Part shown: positions 10,940-22,578 of the stretch, in pieces
Numbering within the stretch: the stretch's first letter is position 1
How the letters are laid out: each line of letters opens with the position of its first letter
Notes under the pieces: model-generated
What the model saw: the letters and a program-made list of their open reading frames with translations, nothing else
The model's database searches: none
Told to the model about the DNA's origin: nothing
Position numbers and translations under genes: made by a program
Source of the DNA: Balanoglossus misakiensis
Lineage: Eukaryota > Animalia > Hemichordata
Length of the DNA stretch: 64,000 nucleotides
Direction of reading: 5' to 3'
Assembly: GCA_040954595.2 (NCBI GenBank)
Contig: CM082589.2
Location: 11,916,894 to 11,980,893 of the forward strand

Positions 10940-11819
10940 GTCTTTGTACTAGAGTGTCGGGTCTTTTGCAGAGCCAGGCCGAAGGAAATCCGACTTGATC
11001 ACCGTTGCTAACGAACGCTAGTGTCTGTCATGGTGTGCCGGGGTTTTAGTCGAGCCAGGCCGTAGGAGATCTGACTTGATCATCGTGGTCAATGTACGCG
11101 TGTTTCCGCTCTAAAGTGCCGGGGCTTCAGCTAAACCAGGCCGTAGGAAATCCGACGTAATCACCGTTGATAACTTACGCCAGTCTGTGTCATATAGAGC
11201 CGGAGCACCAGCCGAGTCACGCCATAGGAAATCTGACTTGATCAACGTGGTCAATGTACGCATGTTTCTGCTCTAGAGTGCCGGGGCTTCAGCTGAGCCA
11301 GGCCGTAGGAAACCCGACGTGATTACCGTTGTTAACTTACGCCAGTCTGTGTCCTATATATAGTGCCGGGGCATCAGCCGTGCCAGGCCGAAGGAAATGT
11401 GAGTAGATCAACGTGGTCTCTGTACGCGTGTTTCTGCTCTAGAGTGCCAGGGCTTTAGCCAAGCCATGCCGTAGGAAATCTGACTTGATCAACGTTGCTA
11501 ACGAACGCTAGTGTCTGTCATAGTGTGCCGGGGTTTTAGTCGAGCCAAGCCGTAGGAGATCAGACTTGATCAACGTGGTCTCTGTACGCGTGTTTCTGCT
11601 CTAGAGTGCCGGGGCTTTATCCAAGCCATGTCGTAGAAAATCTGACTTGATCACCGTTGCTAACGTACGCTAGTGTCTGTCATATTGTGACGGAGATTTA
11701 GCCGAGCCAGGCCGTAGAAAAATCAACTTGTTCAACGTTACCAGTGTGCAACTGTTTCTGCTCTAGAGTGTCAGGGTTTTAGCCGACTTATGCTGTAGGA
11801 AATCTGAGTTGATGAACGG
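10940..11819. repeat. GC-rich module of the satellite unit (representative copy): 11 x 81 bp subrepeats in alternating A/B types (162 bp dimer)
   Basis: The GCCGTAGGAAATC-type core starts at 10978, 11059, 11140, 11221, 11302, 11387, 11468, 11549, 11630, 11711 and 11792. All steps are 81 bp except one of 85 bp caused by a TATA expansion. Confidence 0.95.
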
Positions 11820-14800
11820 GAATTCAATGTTAGAAAACTCGTATCTGTACCCGTTTGAAACTAAGAAAAGAATTTATTCTTATTTATTTTGTAAAAAAGA
11901 CAATTGTTCGAAAAAAAGTCGAAAAGGGTAATTTTGTCTTGGGTGATTAAAATTATACTGCCTTTTCTAGAATTTCAGCACTTTTTACAAGAGAACGACA
12001 CTTCATGCTCCATAATATTTCCGAAAATGAAGAAAAGAGTTCATTTTTTGATGATTTTTTAAAAATTTACCATTTTTGTCAAAATATGGCCAAAATGGCT
12101 ATTTTTTCTTGAATTCCGTCAATATCTCTGCATTTTTGGAGTGGTCGAAAGTTTTAACATACAATCAACATGTCATATATGATCAGGGCACCAAATTCGA
12201 AGAACAAAGGTGTTTTTTTTATTTTTTTTTCTTCTAAAAATGACATTTTCAAGGTAAATTTGGTAAAACGCAATTTTGTCTGCAGTGAGCCATATTAGAC
12301 TGTCTTTTGTGGAATTTGTATCGATATATACATACGAAGAGCATTCTATACTCCATCAGATTTCCGAAAATGTAGAAAACAGGTATTTTTTGTAATTTTC
12401 AAAAATTTACCATTTTGACCAAATTGTGGCTAAAATTGTTATTTTCGTGTTGAATGCCGCCAGTGTCACTGCTTTTAAAAGTCATAACAACTTTTAACAT
12501 ACAAGCAATTGTTTATATATGATGAGGTCACCGAATTAAAAAAAAGAATGTTTTGCCTAAAAATGACCTTTTTGGTGCAAAAACGAATAAAACGCAATTT
12601 TGTATTAAATCAGCTCATTCAGAGTGCATTTTTTATAATCAGCACCATTTTTACATATGATGGAAATTTCATACATCATCAGATATCCAAATATGAAAAA
12701 ATGATTTAGATTTTAGATGATTGTCCAAAATTAGCTGATATCTAATAAATGTAGTATTGAACCGTTCTGTTCCCTCCCCCCCCCCCCCTACATTATATGC
12801 GGTACGCCGATGTCAGCTTACCCGGCAGTACTGCAGGCCGTGCCCCCAACTAACGTCGGTGTTTGAAACGCCCTGGTAAAATTCGGGCTTTCTCTATAAA
12901 TTGATAGGCAATAATGCAGTCCTACCCGAACAAATGTCGAGTGTTGACCCGCTGTGACTTTCCCTCATCGGTTTGCCCGATTAGCCAACGTCTTTGTACT
13001 AGAGTGTCGGGTCTTTTGCAGAGCCAGGCCGAAGGAAATCCGACTTGATCACCGTTGCTAACGAACGCTAGTGTCTGTCATGGTGTGCCGGGGTTTTAGT
13101 CGAGCCAGGCCGTAGGAGATCTGACTTGATCATCGTGGTCAATGTACGCGTGTTTCCGCTCTAAAGTGCCGGGGCTTCAGCTAAACCAGGCCGTAGGAAA
13201 TCCGACGTAATCACCGTTGAAAACTTACGCCAGTCTGTCTCATATAGAGCCGGTGCACCAGCCGAGTCACGCCGTAGGAAATCTGACTTGATCAACGTGG
13301 TCAATGTACGCCTGTTTCTGCTCTAGAGTGCCGGGGCTTCAGCTGAGCCAGGCCGTAGGAAACCCGACGTGATTACCGTTGTTAACTTACGCCAGTCTGT
13401 GTCCTATATATAGTGCCGGGGCATCAGCCGTGCCAGGCCGAAGGAAATGTGAGTAGATCAACGTGGTCTCTGTACGCGTGTTTCTGCTCTAGAGTGCCAG
13501 GGCTTTAGCCAAGCCATGCCGTAGAAAATCTGACTTGATCAACGTTGCTAACGAACGCTAGTGTCTGTCATAGTGTGCCGGGGTTTTAGTCGAGCCAAGC
13601 CGTAGGAGATCAGACTTGATCAACGTGGTCTCTGTACGCGTGTTTCTGCTCTAGAGTGCCGGGGCTTTATCCAAGCCATGCCGTAGAAAATCTGACTTGA
13701 TCACCGTTGCTAACGTACGCTAGTGTCTGTCATATTGTGACGGAGATTTAGCCGAGCCAGGCCATAGAAAAATCGACTTGTTCAACGTTACCAGTGTGCA
13801 ACTGTTTCTGCTCTAGAGTGTCAGGGTTTTAGCCGACTTATGCTGTAGGAAATCTGAGTTGATGAACGGGAATTCAATGTTAGAAAACCCGTGTGGAAAG
13901 TATCTCTACCCGTTTGAAACTAAGAAAAGAATTTATTCTTATTTATTTTGTAAAAAAGACAATTTTTCGAAAAAAAAGTCGAAAATGGTAATTTTGTCTT
14001 GGGTGATTCAAATTATACCGCCTTTTCAGGAATTTGCAGCACTTTTTACAAGAGAACGACACTTCTTGCTCCATAATATTTCCGAAAATGAAGAAAAGAG
14101 TTAATTTTTTATGATTTTTTAAAAATTTACCATTTGTGTCAAAATATGGCCAAAATGGCTATTTTTTCTTGAATTCCGTCAATATCTCTGCATTTTTGGA
14201 GTGGTCGAAAGTTTTAACATACAATCAACATGTCATATATGATCAGGGCACCAAATTCGAAGAACAAAGGTTTTTTTTATTTTTCTTCTAAAAATGACAT
14301 TTTCAAGAAAAATTTGGTAAAACGCAATTTTGTCTGAAGTGAGCCAAATTAGACGGTCTTTTGTGGAATTTGTATCGATATATATATACGAAGAGCATTC
14401 TATACTCCATCAGATTTCCGAAAATGTAGAAAACAGGTATTTTTTGTAATTTTCAAAAATTTACCATTTTGACCAAATTGTGGCTAAAATTGTTATTTTC
14501 GTGTTAAATGCCGCCAGTGTCACTGCTTTTAAAAGTCATAAAAACTTTTAACATACAAGCAATTGTTTATATATGATCAGGTCACCGAATTAAAAAAATA
14601 AAGAATGTTTTGCCTAAAAATGACCTTTTTGGTGCAAAAAAGATTAAAACGCAATTTTGTATTAAATCAGAATGCATTTTTTATAATCAGCACCATTTTT
14701 ACATATAATGGAAATTTCATACATCATCAGATATCCAAATATGAAAAAATGATTTAGATTTTAGATGATTGTCCAAAATTAGCTGATATCTAATAAATGT

Positions 14801-15119
14801 AGTATTGAACCGTTCTGTTCCCCCCCCCCCTACATTATATGCGGTACGCCGATGTCAGCTTACCCGGCAGTACTGCAGGCCGTGCCCCCAACTAACGTCG
14901 GTGTTTTAAACGCCCTGGTTAAATTTGGGCTTTCTCTAGAAATTGACAGGCAATAATGCAGTCCTACCCGAACAAATGTCAAGTGTTGAACCGCTGTGAC
15001 TTTCCCTCTTCTGTTTGCCGGACTTAGCCAACGTCTTTAGCTTCAGCTAAACCAGGCCGTAGGAAATCCGACGTAATCACCGTTGATAACTTACGCCAGT
15101 CTGTGTCATATAGAGCCGG

Positions 15120-15777
15120 TGTAAGTGCAGTCCTCCCTGATTGGATGGCTGTGTGTGCAGGTGCACATGCACATAGTGGTTATCCAATATGCAAATTTCC
15201 TTTTCACTATAAATTGGCACCTCGCCAGTGTGCAAGTTTTCATTTCATCGTCAGGCCTTCTAGGCTACATGTTTGTGAGCACTGCACTGCATGCTTTTTG
15301 AACCCCTAAAAGCGTCACCATCTGCGGTAAGACTTACCTGTTTTATTTAGCGATACAGAGCGGTCTTTCAACAGAAGCAGCGGCTATCCAGGACGCAGAC
15401 TACTTCATTTATAAACCATTAATTTTGAGCGATTGAGTAGAATTGATTTGAATTTACTTACCTGTAAACGCTGTATTTTTGGAATTTGCTTTGTAATTGA
15501 GTTTGAACTTCTGTATCGGCATTTTACATTTACCTTTGAATACTTACTTGAATTTATTTCGTCTATGTATTTGTTTATACAGAACCGTGTTGTACCCGTG
15601 TTATACCAGTGTTATACCAGTATTAGAACCGTGTTATTACGTCGTGCACGGTCTATTTTGTATGCACCGAACAGTTTGCTCCTCGTAGACAGTAAAATAA
15701 AAGGAGAATTTTTATACAACACGAGTGTCCAGAGTGTGTACTCCAGGGGCCCATGCAAGTAGGAATTGGATCCTACA
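15120..15777 (+). repeat. Probable 5' LTR of element 2 (~658 bp)
   Basis: Starts TGTA at the satellite junction and ends TACA 66 bp before the gag ATG. TATAAA at 15208 and AATAAA at 15696. The 3' boundary is inferred because there is no second LTR to compare. Confidence 0.7.
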
Positions 15778-15843
15778 TAGTTCTCAGATGACGTTGGACT
15801 GAAACCTGGTGTAACCGTGTACTAGCAGATACATTAGAAAGTC

Positions 15844-18805
15844 ATGGCAACTGGAAACGACGAGGTGTTCCACGTTCCAGCAGCACCAGGCCCTGTCTCC
15901 GTCAAGAGTAGCAGTTCATCAAAAACAGCTAGCTCAACAAGAGAAGAAAAAGCCGGTAAGCCGATTGATTTAGTTCTCAAATTAAGGAGATCAATTATCG
16001 CTTACCGCGGCCATATGACACGTATTTACATGGATGTAGAGACCATGTTAATGTCGTCGCCTGACTACCAAGCAGTTACCAAAAAGAAAGAAGACTTGGA
16101 TAGGATTTTTACTTCATATACAAATACTTGTTATGAATATCAGAAACATCTTTCAAGGTCCGAACAAGAAAGTGTACGACTTGAACACGAATCTGAAGTT
16201 AACAGAAAAGAGTGTCTGGAACAACGCCTGAAGAACTGGATTTCGTCTCATCGAATCACGATAACAACTCCGTCACGTGGGTTGGAGCCAGAAGTGCCAC
16301 CAGCTTCACAAGAGGATGATGTCAACGGTTCAGCGGCTTCCAAAAATTCACGTCACTCTACCAAGGACCAGGTAAAATCTGTAAAAAAGAAATCACATAG
16401 TCAAACGTCTTATGGAAATGGTAACCGGCAGACAAGTAATATATGTTCTTTATCGAGTTCAAAGGCAAGTCGAGCTTCAAGAATTGCAAGAAGGAAGATA
16501 TTGGAAACCCAGCTTGAACTTGAAAAGATACAGCAAGAAGAAGAAGCCAAAGCCAAGCTTCGTGATCTGCGACTTCGAGAAGAAGAAATAAAGATGCAGT
16601 CAACATTGAAGATTCTAGACGTTCAACAGAAGTTAAAACAGGCTGAAATGGAGGCTGAATTAGCAGAAGAGGGAACTTCGTTTCATTCCAAAGAATATTT
16701 TGTTGATACAAGTGAAGCAAGGATGACCAGTCCAAGTGAGAAGATTGACAGGTATTTCCAGTCTTTTCAAGATTATCACCCCCATGTATTGTCGAGTGGT
16801 CCCCCAGTAGAAGTTTCCCGGTTCAACACAACAACAACTTTGCTTTAAAGACAGACCGCTGTCCGAAAATGTGAAACAGTTGGAGGGCAATGTGGCAGCA
16901 TTAAATCCGAATGCACCAGAATGGCAGCCCGTGGACCACAATATTGGGGAACAACTTTATAGAAATGAACCAAGTCCATTGCGGGATGGGCAACACGAAA
17001 TCCTACAGAGTATGATAAGACAACAGAGTGAAGCCACGCAAGCACTTGTAACTAGTTTGAATTTGCCGAAGCGGGAATTCCTATCGTTTAATGGTGACCC
17101 AGTAGTGTACCCCACGTTCATCAGAAATTTTGAGATAAACATTGTAAACGGAACAACCGATGATGGCACTAGATTGGCTTATCTCATCCAATACTGCACT
17201 GGACCAGCCAAAGAAGCAATCAAGAACTGAGTGATTCTACCTCCAGAACAAGGTTACACTGAAGCAAGGAAAATATTATACCAGAATTTCGGCCAGAAAC
17301 ACACGATCGTCCATGCCACCATAGACAAAGTCGTCAAGGGACCACAGATCAAGGCCACGGACACATCAAAGTTGCTACAGTTGGCACGTGACATGAATAA
17401 TTGTCATATGTGTTCCAGCCAAATGAAATACACCGCTGATCTGAACTCCATGGATACATTGGAGAAGATAGTGAGACGCCTACCTACATTTCTACAAGCA
17501 GATTGGGCAAAAGAAGCTGGAAGAATGATTTACTCCGGTATTGAACCAGAATTCATCCATCTGACAGCGTTTTTGGAGAAGCGAGCAGCCTTGGCCAATA
17601 CAAGATTCGGGATGTTGGTTGGATCAAAACCAGAACCAGAGAGAGACGTATAGTCCAGGGTCAAACAATTCACCAAGGCTACTACTTTGACCACTCAAGT
17701 GGGTCATGAAATGTACGGCAAGACGCAAGACAAACCCTACTGCCAATCCAAGAGAGAAATTAGATGTCTTTTCTGCCAAGGACAACACCAACTGCAGAGA
17801 TGCCGGAAGTTTGCCAGGAAGTCGTTCATGGAGAAGAAAACGTTTGTGCGAAAACAGAACCTCTGTGATTGTTGTCTGGAAGCAACCCCTTGACACTTCG
17901 CTAAAAACTGCAAAAGTGGATTGTTTTGTCCAGTAACTGACTGTGGAAGACTTCACCACCCATTACTACACCCAGTATCGTCACATCCTAGCCAGTCGTC
18001 AAATGAAGTGTATCCCAGTGGAAGTGGTAGACCAGCTCCACCCACAACACGTCTTGGGAAGAATAAAGACGAGAAAAGTGACGGGAATTCTGAAGTAACC
18101 AATGGGGCCGGTAACACCGTTCATTGTAAAGCAACCAGGACAAACAAGCCACGTATCAGCCTACAAGTTGTACCAGTCCGAGTAAGTGGAGTGGAGGGAG
18201 GAGCAGAGATTGAAACTTATGCATTCCTGGACAATGGTTCAGACACAACAATATGTCTCTCATCTCTAGCAGACAGACTTGGTTTGGGTGGACAACCCAT
18301 TACATATACACTTTCCACACTTGATGCTGAAACGAAGAAGTATGGACGTGAAGTTAAATTAGATGTACGAGGTCTACATAGAAATCAAAGTGTTCATCTT
18401 GATAAGGTATGGACGACGGACAAACTTCCCATAACGGCAAACAGTATACCAACAGCAGAGGATACGAAGGAATGGTCTCATCTGAAGGATGTTGAATTAC
18501 CAGAATTGCAGAACAAGGAAGTCACAATCCTGATCGGTAACGACATTCCAGAAGCACACTGGGTCCTGGAGGAAAGACGTGCCGGGAGAAAACAACCATA
18601 CGCAATCCGAACATTACTTGGATGGACGTTGATTGGGCCGATGAAAAGAAAGAAAGAAACCAACTCATCAATCAACTTTATCAATATGGACCAGATCATC
18701 GACAGTGATACTTCTATCAAAGGTATGGAGTCCATTTCATCACAATTGGAAAGGATGTACAATGCCGACTTCAACGAAAATCTAGTGGATACTAAAGAAT
18801 GCATG
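15844..18805 (+). pseudogene. Gag-protease of element 2, fragmented
   Basis: LPKREFLSFNGDP..RLAYLIQYCTGPA capsid motif; knuckles CLFC..H..C, CDCC and C..LHHPLLH; protease YAFLDNGSD. Frameshift near 16840, stops at 17230, 17653 and 17893, and a deletion/frameshift near 18805. Confidence 0.9.
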
Positions 18806-21035
18806 TCATCAACCTACTCAAAAGACGTCTACTTAAAGATCCAGATCTCCATGAAAAGTACAGTACAACTATACAAGACTATATTGTACAAGGTCATGCA
18901 AAAGAAGTATCTGATGAAAACAAAGAAGACGATAGACGGTTATGGTACCTACCTCATCATCCGGTGACGCATCCCATGAAACCAGAAAAGGTGAGAGTCG
19001 TCTTCGATTGTGCTGCCAAATGTGGAGGAACTTCACTGAACGATCAACTCCTGCAGGGTCCGGATTTGACCAATTCCTTGGTTGGAGTCTTGCTACGGTT
19101 CCGTCAGTATCCTGTTGCAGTGGTTGCTGATATCAAGCAAATGTTTCACCAAGTTCATGTCGACCCCGAAGATTGTGATGTCCTGCGATTCCTATGGTGG
19201 CCTAACGGTGACCTCACGAAGGTGCCCGTCGATCATCAAATGCTTGTTCATTTGTTTGGCGCGACATCATCACCTAGTTGTTCAGCATACGCCCTCCGGA
19301 GAACAGCTGATGACAATAGAAGTAACTTCGACTCGGACATCATAGATGCTGTCTACAGAAATTTCTACGTGGATGATTTCTTAAAATCAGTACTTGCCGT
19401 GGACACAGCCAAGAGACTCATCACTGAAGTTTCAGCCCTTTTGTCTAATGGTGGATTTCATCTGACCAAATGGATTTCTAATTGCACAGAAGTATTGTCC
19501 TCCATCCCGTCAGAAGAAAGGGCGCCATATGTGATGAATTTAGACCTGGAAGACTTACCAGTTGACAGAGCTCTTGGTGTACAATGGGACATTCAAGAAG
19601 ATACTATGAGCTTCAGAGTTGGCAAGGAAAGTAAAAGTGAAACTCGAAGAGGGATTCTCTCAGTTGTAGTATCTGTGTACGACCCACTAGGATTTGTTGC
19701 ACCATTTGTATTGCCGGCTAAGCGCATATTACAAGAATTATGCAAAGAAGGATGTGGATGGGATGAAGCCATACCAGTGAAATATCTAGTTGTTTGGCGT
19801 GAATGGTTACAGAAGTTACCGATGTTAAAAGCCATGGTAATTCCACGGTGTTACACACCTCCAGGTTTTGGCCAGCCACAATCTATAGAAATTCATCATT
19901 TCTGCGATGCTTCAACGGAAGGATATGGGGTTGTTTCCTACCTACGGTTTATTGACAAAGGTGGTAATTTTCACTGCAGCCTCGTGACTGGCAAATCTAG
20001 AGTTGCTCCACTGAAGACCATTACAGTACCAAGATTGGAATTGACAGCAGCAACAGTGGCCGTTAAAGTCAGCAAACAGATAAAAGAAGAACTTCAATTT
20101 CCTATCCATCGAGAGCGATTCTGGACAGACTCTACCATTGTTATACAATATATCTGCAGCTCAACAAGACGCTTCAAGACCTTTGTAGCCAACCGCCTAC
20201 AACTAATACACGATGCAACACTACCGTCACAATGGCATCATGTTCCTTCACAACTCAATCCAGCTGATTGTGCCTCCCGAGGTATTACCTTGAATGCCGC
20301 CAAAGCGAAGTCCAAACTGTGGTTCGAAGGTCCAGAATTTCTCTGGAAATCTGAAGGAAACTGGCCAACCCAACCTACCGACTTACCAAGAATATCGGAT
20401 GAGGACAACGAATTGAAAATGGCAAAGGTATGCGCAGTGGTAAACAGCAACCAGACAGATGACACTGATATCATCCATTCGTTAATTCACAGATTTTCGT
20501 CATGGTACAAACTTTGCAAATCTGTCGCTTGGATTTTACGATACAAGAAGTATCTCCGAGCTCGCATTGAGAATGGCGGAAATGGTAAAGTTCCGGTTGG
20601 TGCTCTAACGGTGTCAGAAGTGTCCGATGCTACCTTAGAAGTCATTAGAGTCGTTCAACGGAAAGCGTTTCCTAAGGAAATATCAACACAGTTGAAGAAT
20701 CCAAGCAGAAAACCAGATTCTGAAGGATATACCAGTCCACTTTGCAGACTCAGTCCAATCTACAAAGATGGCATTATACACGTTGGTGGAAGACTAAACA
20801 ACTCCCCCATAGATGAAACCACAAAACATCCTATTATTCTACCCCATAATCATCAAGTGACCGAATTAATTGTTCAGTTTTTCCATGAGCAGGAAGGTCA
20901 CGTAGGAACCACCCATGTGTTATCCAGAATCCGAAAAGAATATTGGATTTTGAGAGGCCAAGCTACTGTCAGAAGAATTCTGCGGAAATGTGTAGTGTGC
21001 AGGAGATGGAATGCAAGACCTGGAACGCAAATAAA
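18799..21035 (+). CDS. Pol fragment of element 2: RT, RNase H and integrase zinc-finger (HHCC) domain
   Basis: [50 protein letters not shown], and H...GH...C..C ending in PGTQI at the MITE. Confidence 0.95.
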
Positions 21036-21626
21036 AGAGAGGTTTAGTTACACGTAAATACGTTCGATCAGTACGCGTAGCGTCATTGTCACGTGACAAG
21101 CAGAGGTCGCGTACGCGTAGAACAGACGCTCGGAACGGCAAGCGACGCTTCTACGCGTAATCATGATTACGTGTAACATTTTTTCGGAATTTCTCGATAT
21201 TCTCTCTTTAATTTGAGCGATTGATCTCTGCAGTGCAATTGTGATGTAGCCAGCATCCATGTTATCTAAAAAAATCTGCCATATGTGCTAAAACCGGCGC
21301 TATTTGTTGTTTTCAAAACATAAACACAAAAATGTATTACCAAACTACGTTTTCAGTGGACGCCTCGACAAAGACATCGAAAAACTTCACTAAACTATCT
21401 TTCCACTGCAGTCAAGAAACTTATTGCAAGGGTGGTGATCTTAGAGAATATTCATCACACACAAAATTTATTGAAGTGAAAAATATTTGAGTTTTCTATT
21501 GTTTTTAACTGTTGTTGTTATTCAAAACGGACAACTAAACCGCAAAATTCACGCGTCGCTACGCATACGCGAACGCCACTGCCTGCCGTCAGACGTACGC
21601 GTATTTACGTGTAACTAAACCTCTCT
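21036..21626. mobile_element. 591 bp MITE (PIF/Harbinger-like) inserted in integrase
   Basis: 27 bp perfect TIRs AGAGAGGTTTAGTTACACGTAAATACG. Probable 3 bp TSD: AAT on the right, AAA on the left. Removal rejoins ..PGTQI-MAPLP.. Confidence 0.9.
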
Positions 21627-21627
21627 A

Positions 21628-22578
21628 ATGGCGCCACTTCCAACCCCAAGAGTTACTCCAGGTGAGAGTGCATTTGCTGCAGTGGGAATCGACTTCTTTG
21701 GTCCTCTGAAAGTCAAGTGGAGAAGAGGAACGTCCAAACGATACGGATGTATATTCACCTGTCTCGCCATACGAGCTGTGCATATTGAAGTCACCCACAG
21801 TTTATCCACAGATTCATTTATTCAGGCAGTATGGAGATTTGTCAGCAGACGTGGTCCACCAAAAACGGTATACAGTGACAACGGAACAAATTTCCGGGGA
21901 GCGGAAACTGAAATCAAAGAAGCTCTAGCGAGTTGGAATCAAGAGAAGATAACTGATAGTCTACGCAAGAGGGATATCCAATGGTATTTCAATGCACCCG
22001 CAGCCAGTCATACTGGAGGAGTTTGGGAAAGGATGATACGTTCAGTGCGGAAAATCCTACGAGCACTCGTTGGAAACCAACTAATTGACGACGAAACTTT
22101 ACTTACTGTCTTGGCGGAGGTGGAGAAGATTATCAATGATCGACCTTTCACCCGTCAATCAGATGACCCGAATGACCTTGAAGCACTGACGCCTAATAGC
22201 CTGTTACTACTGAGGCCGAATCCATGCACATCTCCTGCAGACACTGTCACGACCAGTACAGCTAATCACAGAAGGAACCAAGCTAATCTCATAGCGAACT
22301 CGTTTTGGAAACGATGGCTACACGAATACCTGCCTTCCCTTCAGCAGAGACAGAAGTGGTTGAAGCCCAAGAGAAATCTGACTGTTGGAGATTTGGTTAT
22401 CGTGGTAGAGGAAAATATCCCAAGAGGACAGTGGTCAAAAGGACTAGTTCAGCAAACTTACCCAGATCAGTACGGCAATGTGCGCCAGGTCCTAGTGAAG
22501 ACTGAAACAGGAAGATTGCGTAGAGATGTTCGCAAACTGTGCTTGCTTGAGGAAAGTAGTACACGTATTACACCATAA
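21628..22578 (+). CDS. Integrase core (DDE) and C-terminal DUF5641-like domain of element 2
   Basis: VGIDFFGP, YSDNGTNF, GGVWERMIRSV, FWKRWLHEYL, L.VGDLV and RGQW..G motifs. Confidence 0.95.
   Translation: MAPLPTPRVTPGESAFAAVGIDFFGPLKVKWRRGTSKRYGCIFTCLAIRAVHIEVTHSLSTDSFIQAVWRFVSRRGPPKTVYSDNGTNFRGAETEIKEALASWNQEKITDSLRKRDIQWYFNAPAASHTGGVWERMIRSVRKILRALVGNQLIDDETLLTVLAEVEKIINDRPFTRQSDDPNDLEALTPNSLLLLRPNPCTSPADTVTTSTANHRRNQANLIANSFWKRWLHEYLPSLQQRQKWLKPKRNLTVGDLVIVVEENIPRGQWSKGLVQQTYPDQYGNVRQVLVKTETGRLRRDVRKLCLLEESSTRITP

Noticed and set aside
10940-11819. 81 bp repeats as a CRISPR array
   Set aside because: The whole 81 bp is repeated with no unique spacers, there are no cas genes, and the context is eukaryotic.
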